A DNA stretch of 56,175 nucleotides, counting the filler, from Sphacelaria rigidula (lineage: Eukaryota): the NCBI GenBank assembly GCA_964200075.2. It is 6 parts of 6 records of this genome, joined end to end, with 100 filler letters (N's around TTAATTAATTAA, not from the genome) between each part and the next. Parts side by side here need not be neighbours in the genome. Positions count along the whole stretch, not along the records: positions 1 to 9,281 come from CAXNAA020008843.1; positions 9,382 to 18,660 come from CAXNAA020008844.1; 4 more parts are not named here. One strand, written 5' to 3'. Positions 1 to 12,400 of this stretch are shown piece after piece (the first letter of the stretch is position 1; each line of letters opens with the position of its first letter). The notes under the pieces are model-generated. The model had not been told where the DNA came from. It saw only the letters and a program-made list of their open reading frames with translations, and did no database searches. The position numbers and the translations under genes were made by a program.

Positions 1-479
1 GGCCTACAAAAGGTAAGCGGTTTCTGGAGGAGACATGTCCGTTTTCGCGTGCCCATATCTCTCGGGTAACATGCTTTTTATCCGTTTTTTTTTAGTCCCG
101 GGTGCCACTGGCTCCCTCGAATGACGTGCGTGAAAAAGCCGGAGCGAAAGCGGTAAAAATGGCGTGTTTGGTTGTTTTCGCGTTTCTGGCCATTTTTCGT
201 ACTATTCTTGGGCAAAAAACGAGAAGGTATACCTTCTCTTTAGGCCACCGAGCATTTTTCAATTCCACCCACTCATCGCACTAGAGCCGAATAACTGTGT
301 TTCACGGTCAATAACACCCTCCTAATAAACGGAATATTTACTCGTATCGCCCGATAACACCAACCAACTCTGACTTGGGCACTGTGTTTCGAGGATAATC
401 TGCTTAATGTACGAAAATCTAGCAACGCTGGCAATTTCGAGCTCTATCGAAGAGCGGTACGCGCGGAAAATCCCGAAAC

Positions 480-1190
480 ACCCCTCACCAGTTAGACCGC
501 CCACTTTTGTACTTTCCACTTCTGGGACGTTTGACAACGGTTTTGACCCCGAACAGGGAGAATCACCACCACACGTCTTGGATACTTTGCATCACCCCAC
601 CGGGAGGAGTATACCCCACTTTTCCAATTCGCTTGGGTCAGTGATTTCGAGAGTGGCCCCTGCACAAAAAAACTGGTGAAGAATCAAATTCGATGTCTGT
701 ACTTCGATCCACGGAAGGATTGCCTCCAGACACCGCATTTGATAATTTCACTTCGGTTTATGTCTAGAGGCCGTTCTCGAAATCTCTGATCGATTGCTGC
801 CGAGATAGCCCCCCCCCGAACCCTCCAAAAACGTGCACGGAGGCAATGATCATAAATGCCATTAGAGCTAGTTTCGTGCTGCACGACGCGACTCATTTGG
901 GCGTCATAGCTGATTTCGGACTGCTACACGCCTCTCATGTGGGCGAAACTACTGCAAACGAGCCCAATAGTGGGATCGCAGCCGGTTTTTCGGACGGGCT
1001 CCGGTGCACTTTCTGTGGGGGGACCATCTCGGTATTAGTCGACCCCAGCGAATTAGTTGGTTGCGCTAGACTCCCCTCGGTCGGGCGATGCAAAGCGTCC
1101 AAGACGTGCGGGGAGGCGATTTTCCTTGTTCGGGGGTCAAAAATCCTCCAAATGTCCCAAAAGTGGAAAATAAGAGCCCAACAGAATTTA
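480..1190. repeat. Dispersed repeat with long internal inverted arms; related copy at 46520-46745 in reverse
   Basis: ~500-680 is an inverted, diverged copy of ~1000-1180. 800-1040 matches 46520-46745 on the opposite strand (gtgctgcacgacgcgactcatttgggcg / cgcccaaatgagtcgcgtcgtgcagcac). Confidence 0.75.
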
Positions 1191-1339
1191 GAATACAAGC
1201 CGTAGGAAATTGCCTCATGAATGTATTCTGGATAACATGAAGAGGGTGAAGAACGAAACGTCCCCGGAACACGGCTAGTTTTACCGCCGAGTACTTTATA
1301 TGCAATATATCTGGTTCTCTCACCTCTTTGATCCGCCGT

Positions 1340-1740
1340 GACACGACGGCTTCCTTGTGAGTGCCAAGCTGCCTTGCTCCACCCCGGTGCTGTGCGGAAA
1401 AAAGCAGTGACGCTGATGCTGTGCAGAAGTCTTGGTTGGCCGCAGTAGTCAGATTGAGCTGCAGGCTGCAGAAGCCCCCGGGGTGCCCGATCTTGCGGTA
1501 CTCTTCATGCGCTGTCTTCAGGGCCTCGACCACGTCGTCCTTTGCTTCTGAGGTTGGGTCATCGAGGAGCTTGTCGAGTGTCGATTTCGCCGGGGTAATC
1601 CGGTGCAAACTCCGCGATAAGCATCCTGACGCCGACATTGTCAAGAGACGCCCACGGTCGACCGTTTACGCACCATATGACGAGCTTGCGATGCAGGTGC
1701 TTCCGGTCTTCCGATGTGAACAGCGGCCGCACGCTGCTTA
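1340..1740 (-). mobile_element. Degenerate hAT-like transposase fragment
   Basis: Reads HRKLVIWCVNGRPWASLDNVGVRMLIAEFAPDY, then after a frameshift TPAKSTLDKLL...FCSLQLNLTT. This resembles the hAT RPFSxVEDxGF...PxY...PSRxT region followed by the first catalytic strand (SLxxDxWT; D reads N here). Confidence 0.6.
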
Positions 1741-3204
1741 AATTAGCAGAGAAGGATTTCCTCCCAGAGGTCTGCTCTCCTGTAGTTCAGCACACGATTA
1801 CACAAGGAAATAAATACATGACAAAATACACAGAAAGGAGTTCGAGTTTTCTGAGGGTGACGCGTGCGAGTATGCGTATGTTGTCCTGATGAAGTGGAGT
1901 ACACAGCACTCGAAAATACATTTTTGGCGTTTTCGCGGGGAAAATGTGGAATAAAAGGGTGCACGCAGGATTCGAACCAGCAGGTATTTGAAACGGTACA
2001 TAAGCAGTGACTCAAAACTATGAACACTAAAATCAAGTACAACAGTACACAGTACAACAGTACACAAGTGAGAAGAAGAAAGTAAAACATACACCACACG
2101 ATATACGAACGGTATTATCGTTGGTGCATATAGAGTACAGCAGCACTGTATGTCCACACTACAGAGCCATAGCACAGTATAGTACAGTCATGCAACGGGA
2201 CTTATATTATCGTACGATACACACGCTTGTATCATACAGTTGTACACTACGGTATGTTTTCATTTTGACGACCGCGCTTCTGAAAAAGACAAGGGGGCTG
2301 ATGTGCAGATAAAACATACTAACTATGTACACCCAGTACAGTACACCCTTGCTTCTCAGTTTGTAGTGCGTACCCTTCAGCTAACTCGTCTTATCGTCTT
2401 ATGTTGCAAGTGCATGGGGCACAGCCGCCGCAAGGTAAAGTGTAGTACAGGACGTAGCACAGTTCAGTAGACCTATTCTGTCAACAATGTTGTACAAGTA
2501 TTGTAACTTGTAACAGCGCCGTACCGTCACAAACCATTGCCTAGCGCATATAAAAAAAGGAAAGGAGAACCAACCGCTACTGGCATCATTACTACGGTAT
2601 CGTTTCGGCGTTCAGTTGTACTGCCGCCCTCTCACATCACACACACACACACACGCGCGCGCGAGGGCGCGCGTGTTGCTGATAGGGCCCTCTGGAGGAT
2701 ACATCCACTCTTGCGCTGTGTTGCGCTGAAGTATACGCTCGCCGCCAGACACAACTTGTACACGTTTCCGTGATTTCTCTTCATATAGTTGAACATGACC
2801 CTCGTTCTTATTGGACACGTACCTTATGAGGTGGCCGCACCGGTCTCCCTTCGGCGCCAAGACTCGGCAGATGACCGTTAGACAAGGCAGGCGAGAATTG
2901 GGTAATGTACTTGCAGAGCAGTGACAGTACCCTGACGACTTCGTGTGGCGACCTTCACCTTGATCGTGTCGGCCACGGGGCAGGCGAGTCGTCGGTACTG
3001 CTGTTTGCCGTTGCGGTAGATGCTGCAGCTGCACGCAACGGCCGAGATTTGCTGGAGGCTGTGGCACCCCTAGTTGAAGACCTGCCGATGCCCCCCCCTG
3101 GATCCATATGCTCCGTCTCGAAAGGGATGCGTGGTCAATGGTCAAATGACTAAGGCAAGCAACAAATGAGTACGCCCCCTGGATCCATCTCGTGTACTTT
3201 CTGC

Positions 3205-3800
3205 ACATGAACGTGACGTGAACGGTTACGTCACACCCGGTATCTTCGATTGATATGAATATGGATGATTATGACCTTATGGTGATGTGCTGCAACGATA
3301 ACTTGCTATGTGTGCTGTGGCGCGGGGCGCGCGAACTGGCTGAAATAGTATGTGCTATACCATGGTTATGAAACCTCCCTCGTGGTCATTGAAGCACAGT
3401 ATGTTGGGATTTCAAAGTTGATTGCAAACTTGAAGCGTGCACCGCTTCATGTAACGTGATCACGACGTTTCATTTAACGTGTAATATCTAATACACGTGT
3501 AACGTCTAGTACACGCATAATATCTAACACACGTGTAGCGTCTGATACGCGTTACACGTTCCAAAAAACGTTTCATACTACGTGTTTTGAAGGTTTGGAC
3601 GGCTAAACGTTCACGTTACGTTTCGTTTGACAAGTTAAAAAACCTCACGTCACCTTAACGTGCTATTTGAAGTCTTGACGGTCACGCTACGTTATGTTCA
3701 ACATGTAAAAAAACTTGACCGTTCACGTTACGTTTCGGCCGAAACGTGACGTGAACGTAAAGTGTAATGCTGTGTTACGTGTAATATGTATAGCCCTGGG
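3205..3800. repeat. ACGT-rich degenerate repeat with a 36-bp palindrome
   Basis: GTTCACGTTACGTTTCGG/CCGAAACGTGACGTGAAC at 3721-3756; related motifs at 3209-3230 and 3608-3625; ends TAGCCCTG at ~3791. Confidence 0.7.
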
Positions 3801-4074
3801 AATTACCAACTGTGGCACTGGGGCGACCGGCTCATCGAGATGCAGAGAGACTTCCGGCTTCTTTCCGCACAGCACTCGTGGTCGGTAGCACGCTATAGCT
3901 AACGATGAAATGCATGGCCTGCCCTTCACGATATATCTACGGGCACGGCAAAGGTAGCCGAAGCTGACAGTATCGGCACACTCTACATTGAGCGTCCCAG
4001 ATGTCATATTGTGAACCCCTCCCCTACCTGGGGACAAGTCCGTCTTCTCGAGGGGATCAACCCCTCTCTCCCCG

Positions 4075-4735
4075 CTACACGCTCTGTCTTAAAAGGGATG
4101 CGTGGTCAATGGCCAAACGATAGAGGCAAGAAACAAATAAGTACGCTTCCGCCCCCTCCCCGTGTACCGCCTGGTGCGACGAGAACCCGGCGTGCTCTGT
4201 CCCGGCTTTGTAGGGGCGGACCCCCGATGGGGTTTGCGTCGGTCGACGATGACGCTGTAAAACACACCACTCACTGCGTAGGCTAGGGAGCCAGGTTACC
4301 GATTTTTTGCGCGCTTGCGCTTTTTTTGCAGTAAGCATGATGGTAGTCGCGCTCGGTCATGTTGTGTGGCGTGGGAGAACCCCAACTCCGCACAAGGAGG
4401 ATAATCGTACAGTAGTGTTCAAATAGTGAGACACCCACGAGGCAATGTGTAAGCCGTGGCTGTCTCTGGAAGGGGCGATACCAGAAAATGAAACAACTCA
4501 TTGCAGGCTGTCATCCGAATGCAAGATAATCAGCGGGCTTCGGATCGACGGTCTTAGAAGGATACTGCTCACCGTTCATGCGACTCGCCGAACACACCAC
4601 GGCGCTTCGCGCTTGGTGATTCAGTGCGAGCCTGGTCCGGCGAAACCCCGGCGTGCGCCGTCCTGGCTTTGTAGGGATGCAAGGTCAAAGGTCTCATGAC
4701 TATGGCATGCATGATCATGAGTAAAGCCCCGTGGT
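4075..4735. mobile_element. Dispersed composite repeat family; further copies at ~3095-3185, ~12915-13745 and ~37370-37690 (reverse)
   Basis: Shared blocks such as CACGGCGCTTCGCGCTTGGTGATT, GTCCCGGCTTTGTAGGG, AATAGTGAGACACCCA and ATGACTATGGCATGCATGATCATGAGTA. Confidence 0.85.
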
Positions 4736-7700
4736 ACACACCTTGCATTTTCACTCTCGCGAATTGGTGAAGCACTCTCGGATGGCGTCAACTCTCGTCA
4801 AACAAACGCATGCCAACTGCTTTTTGTTCACACACGTACTCACGCGTTCGACGGTATAAGTCAGATGCTTCGAACATGATAACCAGGGGTCTGGTAGGAA
4901 CCGAACTCCGATACTCTCCACCATAGCAGTAAGAGTCATACCGTTACACCACCGGGGCGAGGCGGGGGAGGAAGTGTGTTCCTCACTATAAGCAGCCGCT
5001 ACTTTTGTGACGTGTGACGTGCGTTGCAGTATCCTCTCCTATCTGGGCATCTCCCCCCCCTTTCCCCACACCTACTGTGGCGTTTGCACACCCTGCAATG
5101 AAAAGGGCACCGCGCCGTACAGACAGTGAGTTGCAGCACACAATTATACTACCATCAACCGTCTGCACCGACTATGCGGTAAATTTCCTAATCAGAACAC
5201 GTACGAATGCGTCAGTTTTTCATGTGTACGATATGTTGAACAGCGGTTCACTTCAGGACGCATCTACCGAGCGTACGCGGAACACGTTTCCACTTTAAAG
5301 CATACGGGTGTGACACGCGGAGAGTATCTATATGTTTGTTCGTAATAACTGCGAGTGACATACGTGAAATACTTATCTATAGTGAAAGATATGTGAACGG
5401 CATGTGTACAAAACCTGTTTTCTAAAAGGATTGGGCCCAGCACACTTGGAATAACTGTTCACCCCAGAGACGGCTCTTTCAAACATTTAGAGGTATTTTC
5501 TTCTTTCGGCACAACTCTTTGGAACGTTTTCAGCTTTCCGTGAACTGAAAGGAATCCTCTCATAAGTATTATCAGACCATCTGTTGGTTTATATCAATGT
5601 TTTCGAACGATGTGAGATATGTCTGGGAGTTTCTGTACATGTATGCTTGATATAGATGAGAAGATCCAAGATATGCCATTGACACGCTAGGTGACCCCGT
5701 TTTCTCTGTAAGACCGGTCACACAGCTCTCACAATATTCCCTTGTAGTTGTACAACTGACCGACTGGCATCAGACTGTACTTCTCGGATATGAACACGTA
5801 CACACGTGCGACAGAAAACCGAAGATAATTGATCACTGTATAGATATATACACACATCGGCGTATGCGCGTGCTCTAAACGAGATTCGGCAGATCGATAC
5901 TTTTCTCTTCAAGTACACTGACCACGTCCTGTACAAAGGAAACAAATCACTGGCTTCCAACCATCGGATGAATCGAGGTCAAGCACTCGGGATACCCGTT
6001 TTCCGTTCCTAGCGATCGAGCGGAACAGAAGCAGGACAGATATGGACGGTCCCAGATACACACCAGTTGAGAACAAAGTTCTCCGACGTTTGCAGGTATT
6101 CTGCTATCTCCAATCAACTTTTTACAATGCTGTGTGGTTTTCTGCGAGTCTTTGGCATCATTCCCAAAGGTTGGCAGATCATTTATCCCAGGAAAACGTG
6201 GCATGTTTCATATCAGATATATGGAGCAAGGGGATATTTTTCATGTGTCGAATGTGTTGAATATTCATGCGGCAGGAACAAGCATGTTCGTTCCTCCCGC
6301 TTGTAAAATAAACGGAGCGCACGCAACAGTAAACGCGACCAACGCAATGCCGCCCGCCCGATCGTCAATACTGCAATACGTCGAGGAGATTGGTACACGT
6401 CCTTCGGTCTCGCGCTTGCCGAACAGGCAGCATGCGTTGCTCTTCGTGACCACAGCACCGCGTGGCAATGCATAGTGGGTGTGCTCAACAGCACAGCCGC
6501 TTTGTGTATTGCCGGTCGTGAACACTAGAGGCAACTTAGATGCAGATTTTTTGTGCAAGCGTCTTACATTCCTGATGATTGAACTGTGACATTTTCCACC
6601 TACTCACATCGCATATGCGTCTCACATTGTACATGCTATCCCGTCGCACGTTACTTGGGTTGGGGGGCTGTGTTCCGGATGCATGCACCCTCTTCAAAGC
6701 GACAGTTAACGTTACTCCCCATGTCATGCCGGTGGGCGCGTGGTAGTGTATTCATATGCTCTGCCTCGTAGGTGACTTTGAGAAGGACGTGCTCTGTGCA
6801 GGTAGGTTTCATCATTCAGAAATCCCACCGAGGATAACAATTTCTTTTCTGAGAATAACCGAATGGTCCTGTCCCGTTGTTCAATACCTTTGCTTGGTAT
6901 TACTTCGTAGAATGGGAATGCCACCATGGTGCAGTCAACATTACTTCTCCTACTTGACATATTTCCTATCCGCTGGACTTCTGAAAGTAGCTCCACTTCA
7001 CCAGTATGGTGCAGGGGCCTACCATAGTGCGGTGATCCGGGCCTTCGATCCACCGTACTGTGCTGAGACCCCTAACAGTACGTATAGTGTGTGCCCAGGA
7101 TAGCTTTTCGTATATGCTGGGATAGCTGAAACATGTGAGTCATACATAATTGTGTTCATGTGTCGATAGTCCTGCAGCAGACGAAGATCTACACCGTTGC
7201 CTGTCGTGGGTTCATCTCACTAGCGAGTAGATCCCCTTCTTTGTTATATGGTGTCTTGTTGGAGTAACCCTCACGGGTTCACAGCTACTCAAGAACAGCT
7301 GTACAGGGTCGCCCTCACACCTTGTGTAGTTCATTCACGCCGATCAAACGTACATAGGGTCGTTAAAACGTATCCGGATGGTGCCCAGGGCGCGATCTGC
7401 ACAGGCATAAGTCGTATGAGCACGGGTACTTGCCACCTTGCACCAAACTCTACCGTTGCCTTTGAATTCACGGCGAGCGCAGTATCCATGCGTCGACACC
7501 ACACAGTACCTCATCGAGCACAATTCATGTGGCGTCGTATGTATGAGCTCACCACTGTGGCTTTTGAACACTTGCGGAAGCCATGGCAGAACACAACACA
7601 ACGGCTCATTGGTACCATTACAATGATGATAGTCCGGTGCCTTTGCGTGTAGAACCTCTTGTGAAGCCCGTCTTACATGCGATCAGAAGTCATGTTGATC

Positions 7701-8516
7701 CAGTACAAACATCAGAAACAAATTTTAATTGCGGGGAGTGAATGCTTCCTTTCCACGGCGGCGCGTAGCTGGCAAGGGTTTGAAAACATCTCACCGCCGA
7801 TGCATGGACCGTGTGGCGATAGTGCATCTGGGAGTTGCTGTCTTCACCTGGGGTGCTGTGCAAGCTAGAATACATTGCAGACGATTTCTGGGACACTGCT
7901 TCTATATGTGCAACGAGGGATATCCAGCAGGGAAATAACGATAAGATCATGGCCTAGAGCATGGCCTGGGCCATGTATCCGCAGTTGCCTTCCCACGACG
8001 GCGTGCATCTGCTGAACCTTGTCCACCGGCTATCGAAGCATGATTCGTGTCCCTCTAGTGCGTCTCGGCATTCTCGTGCTATATGGTGTCATGGAAGCCG
8101 AGTGTGCGTCGAAACGATGACAGCAGATATGGTAGCTGTGATGCTGTCGATTCAAACCCACTGTCTCGTCTCCGTTCAAGTTCGGGCAGGCTTTCATGGT
8201 GCTATGGTACTTTGGCATGTTTCCCGCCGCACAACTACCCTGGTATTGTACTACGGTAGCGCATTGTTCGCCTTCGATCCCTACTGCAATAGTGCACAGC
8301 ATGTCCCGTTCGCTAGAACTCTCTTGCAGTGGTGCTGCAGTCGTTAAGGTCAGCTTACATGTAGCGTCGTCTGAGTTGAATGCAGGCAGCCTCTTTTTCT
8401 CCGGAGTATGTATCCCAACAATAGTGCCGATCGTTCTGCAAAGCGTTCCAACTCGCTTTCACACATGGCTCACGGCACCCTTCCCGTCGTTTTGGCTTTT
8501 GTGCTACCGTGACCAG

Positions 8517-9281
8517 TTATTCTTCGAAGAAGTCCACGCGAAGGACCTGGCGGCCGACGTCGCAGAAGAAAGGTGCATCATCAAGGACTGCTCCGAGCCG
8601 CCATCCCACGGTGCACAGGGCTACACGGCGGAGTTTTGCTCCAAACATGCAACGGCAAGAGGGGTGACCGTGAAGAACAAGTGCGTTGACGAGAGCTGCT
8701 CCTAAAGGCCGTCTCAGGGAGTAGCTGGAGGCAAGAAGGCGGAGTTCTGCTCTGAGCATGCTAGAGCGGGGATGGTGAACGTAGTGAACACAAGGTGCGG
8801 CGACGAGGGCTGCTCGAAGCATCCGTCGTATGGTGTAGTAGGAAGCAAAAAGGCGGAGTTCTGCCCCAAGCATGCATTGGCGGGGATGGTGAACATGGTG
8901 AAAAAGAGGTGCGGCGACGAAGGCTGCTCAAAGCATCCGTCTTTCGGTGTGGTAGGAAGCAAGAAGGCGGAGTTCTGCTTTGAACATACCAGGGCGGGCA
9001 TGGTGAATGTTGTGAAGAAGAGGTGCGGCCACGAGGGCTGCTCAAGGTATCCATCGTTTGGTATGGTAGGAAGCAAGAAAGCGGAGTTCTGCTCTGAGCA
9101 CGCCTGGGCGGGGATGGTGGACGTGAAAAGCAAGAAGTGTGGCTACGAGGGCTGCTCAAAGTATCCGTCGTATAGTGTAGTAGGAAGCAAGGCGGAGTTC
9201 TGCTCTGAGCACGCCAGGACGGGGATGGTGAACGTTGTGAAAAAGAGGTGCGGCCACGAGGACTGCTCGAAGTATCCGTCG
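8517..9281 (+). pseudogene. EsV-1-7 Cys/His repeat protein, one in-frame stop, truncated by gap
   Basis: Six complete and one partial ~38-aa units (C-x4-C-x3-P-S-[YFHQ]-G...AEFC-x2-H, then MVNVV-like linker). ORFs 8196-8705 and 8772-9329 share a frame and are separated only by TAA at 8703-8705. A pyrimidine tract plus CAG precedes 8517. Confidence 0.85.
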
Positions 9282-9381
9282 NNNNNNNNNNNNNNNNNNN
9301 NNNNNNNNNNNNNNNNNNNNNNNNNTTAATTAATTAANNNNNNNNNNNNNNNNNNNNNNNNNNNNNNNNNNNNNNNNNNNN
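9282..9381. other. Assembly gap with artificial linker (also ~18661-18760, 28040-28139, 37419-37518, 46798-46897)
   Basis: Each is an identical ~100-nt N block with a central TTAATTAATTAA, which gives stops in all six frames. Confidence 0.97.
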
Positions 9382-9483
9382 ACACAACGCAAAAGAAAAA
9401 AGAGCACGCCCCCCCCCCCCCCCCCCCCCATACGTTTATTGTTGGCTATGCTGCGTCGTCTCCGTTCCGTCGTTTTCGTTAAG

Positions 9484-12400
9484 ATCGCTGCAAGCGGCGG
9501 TTATATGATGGCATGCGTAGCTGATTGGCTTGTGGTTGCGCCGTTCGCCATGCTGGGATCGATTGGTGTTCTGGGTGGCATCGCCAACTTCAACAAGGCC
9601 TTGAAGCGCGCGGGTGTGGAGTACTTCCACTTCACAGCAGGTCAGATGCGCCAAATTTGTTTTTCGGAAGTGCTTCGCCATTGTGCTTTCAGGTGTGTGT
9701 GTGTGTGTGTGTGTGTTTCAAGGCTCATCATATCACCGGCGTTACGCATGCCTTTTTTTTCACATTCCGATGTATTCCTGAACTGGTTCGAACGTGGTCA
9801 TATGAGATTTTGACTCTTGCCGCCCAGTCCGAGGATGGTCGTGTGCGGACTGAGGCCGCTTTAACGGTGATTGATTGATTTTGATTGATTTTGACTGATT
9901 GATTGTCGCACTTTAACTGACCCCCTAGGGGTCCAGCCGTTGTCGCATGATGTACGTACGCAAGAAAAGCAAAACTGAAACACTCGCTGAAAAAAAGAAG
10001 AAACACAAAAAAGTCGAACAGAACGACACAGTAGACTAAGACGTGAAAATAACTAACTAATAACAATCATAATCATTATCATAATCATAATTATAATTAC
10101 AAATAATAATATTATTAATAATGATAATAATAGTAATATTTATAACGATAATAATGATGATAATAATGGAGTTAACAAAAGCAAAGCACAGAAAGAAACG
10201 GCCGATTTGAAACGAAGAAGGAAAAGAAGAGCAAAGAAGAGAGCAGATAAAATTCAACGATGGTCGCGCGATATTTCACCTTTCAGCGTCCGGTTGGATG
10301 ATCATGTGCGAGTTGTGTCAGTTTCAAAGATGGTCACGTGCGAGTTTTCACTACTCGTGGAGGGAACGGAACTTGAGATAAGGATCTTTACAGTGGGCGA
10401 CGACGCTGTACGCAGTGCAGTTGGCGCAGCGCTGTGTCTATGAGCGCACACGGCAGTGCGTTTCATCAGCGCAAGCTGGGATGCCATCGCTGTTGCCCGA
10501 CGGTTCACGGGCTGCCTTCGTTGGGCTAAGGGTCAGAGTTAGCGTTCGTTAGTATGCATGAAGAATGGGATATGACCATCCTGGCCGAGACGAGGTTTGT
10601 GCTTCGTACATAGCATGTGCGCCACGCCCTGTGAAAGCGATGCTCCGCTGATTGATCGGTACTTCGCACATGCAGTACAGACAAGAGCAGCGGAATCCGT
10701 TCGTGCAGTAGATTGTACCAATTTCACTCGGGGGTAGGCGAGGCATGGGAAGATAACAGAGTACCAGCAGCGCGATCGCTGCGATTTTGAGACGAGTAGC
10801 ATGGATAGCTCAAAGCTCTGATTTTTCTTTCGGTAGTGTGCCGTTACTTGAAGGAAAAGAAGCATGAAGTATAGTCGGTATTGTTTCCACCGTTAACGCT
10901 CGTGGTAGATGTAAGGCATGAACTGAAGACTGTCGTTTGTATTAGCAACATATCAGCATTTGTGACAACAAAAGGCTGTGAAATGATATTCCGTTGAACA
11001 GCCCAGTAATCCTACGGCCACTTTATTGCCTCTTCCAAGACACTGTGGCTCGCAGTGGCCCAGAAGCTCATTACCCTGGAGAACACGCACACGCAAAAGC
11101 AGTCAAATATTACTCGGATTCGGAGCCTCCCCGAATAAATCAAATTTATTTTGCAAGCGAGCGGCCACTTGTCAGACATTGTACATGTACCCGAGGGTCA
11201 CGCGTCGTGGGACTGTTCACAGCGACGCGGCGAGTACGCGGGGGACCCGCTGTTTCCCAGCGTGTTGGGGATGCGCCAGGCAGTGGCCGCCGCTACCACT
11301 GTGCGACTGGTCGAAGCTGTAGCAAAAATTACTTCTTGACCCACATGACATTCCGCTTCTTCGGGTATAAAGTCTGCGACAGTTTTGTCATATGATTGCT
11401 GCATACCAGCACAATTGGACAGAAAGCATAGGTAAGACTAAAAGGCGTTGCCTGTTTCAGCAGTATGCCGGCTCTTTGAGGATAAACAGCATGGAGTGAG
11501 GCCAAAACTTATATCCCGAAAAAGTTATCCGTTTCCGTTCTGGGGTTCCCAATAGCATAGTTCCCGACGAGAAAAGGTCACGACACCGTACCTGAGATCT
11601 GTAGAAAACGTTGAACGGCATTTTCGGTAAAAGGAATTCGCCCCTCCCGCATGATACTCGCCACAGCCCATTTTTTGTGCTTGGTAGCGGCGCGGGTACT
11701 GTTTTTTTTCTTCTTGTTTTCGTTTCGCCGTCGTGCTTTCAACTCTCCCCGTTCCTCGGGACGAGTCTATGCTCCCATGCTCTCGAGGGATGGGTCAGTC
11801 GCTCCCCGATACATGCCTGAGATTTTGGTATCGCGGGTTGGATCATGACCAGCTCTCCCGTACCACGTCGACTCCCGGCGATTATTCCCCGCTACTGAGA
11901 TATTCACTTTTTCAAGCCTTTGAGAACTGAAGTGCTGATTTTGTTTTGAGAATCTTTATGAATGGGCATGATTTTGACCTGAAAATACCTGAAAATGACG
12001 CCGATTCACAGAAACAAAAATCAGCATTTCGTGGGGGTCTAGTTCCCAAAGGGGTAACGGCGGAAAGCACAGGGTCCCCAGGAGAAAACGAGTTTGATGG
12101 GATTTCGAACTCTGATTCCCGCACGTTTTTACGTTTACAGTACCATTTACACCACAGGGGTGCGTCGGCAACTCATGCCCATACTTGCATGCCATCTTTC
12201 AGTGCTCTGTTTGTGCGGCTGTACGTCATGCAACCATGAAGCACGCTGCTGTCGTTTGTGTGTGCGTGCATACAGTTTACGGCTGTATGCTGCAGGTATG
12301 TGTACTGCTTATGTACCGTACATCATGCCCTATCCGCACAATGCTGACTTCAGCTGTATCTCATCAAACATGGTCTCTGTAGTGCTAGCTGGTGTTTTGG

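Noticed and set aside
7020..7062. Minus-strand QYGGSKARI resembling a DNA adenine methyltransferase start
   Set aside because: Followed by stops, with no FxGxG or DPPY motif in that frame or strand.
9326..9337. TTAATTAATTAA palindrome repeated five times within N-runs
   Set aside because: Identical context each time; a scaffolding linker, not biology.
10057..10257. Poly-Ile ORF and many other short six-frame ORFs
   Set aside because: They arise from microsatellites, repeats or the antisense of real exons; no coding support.
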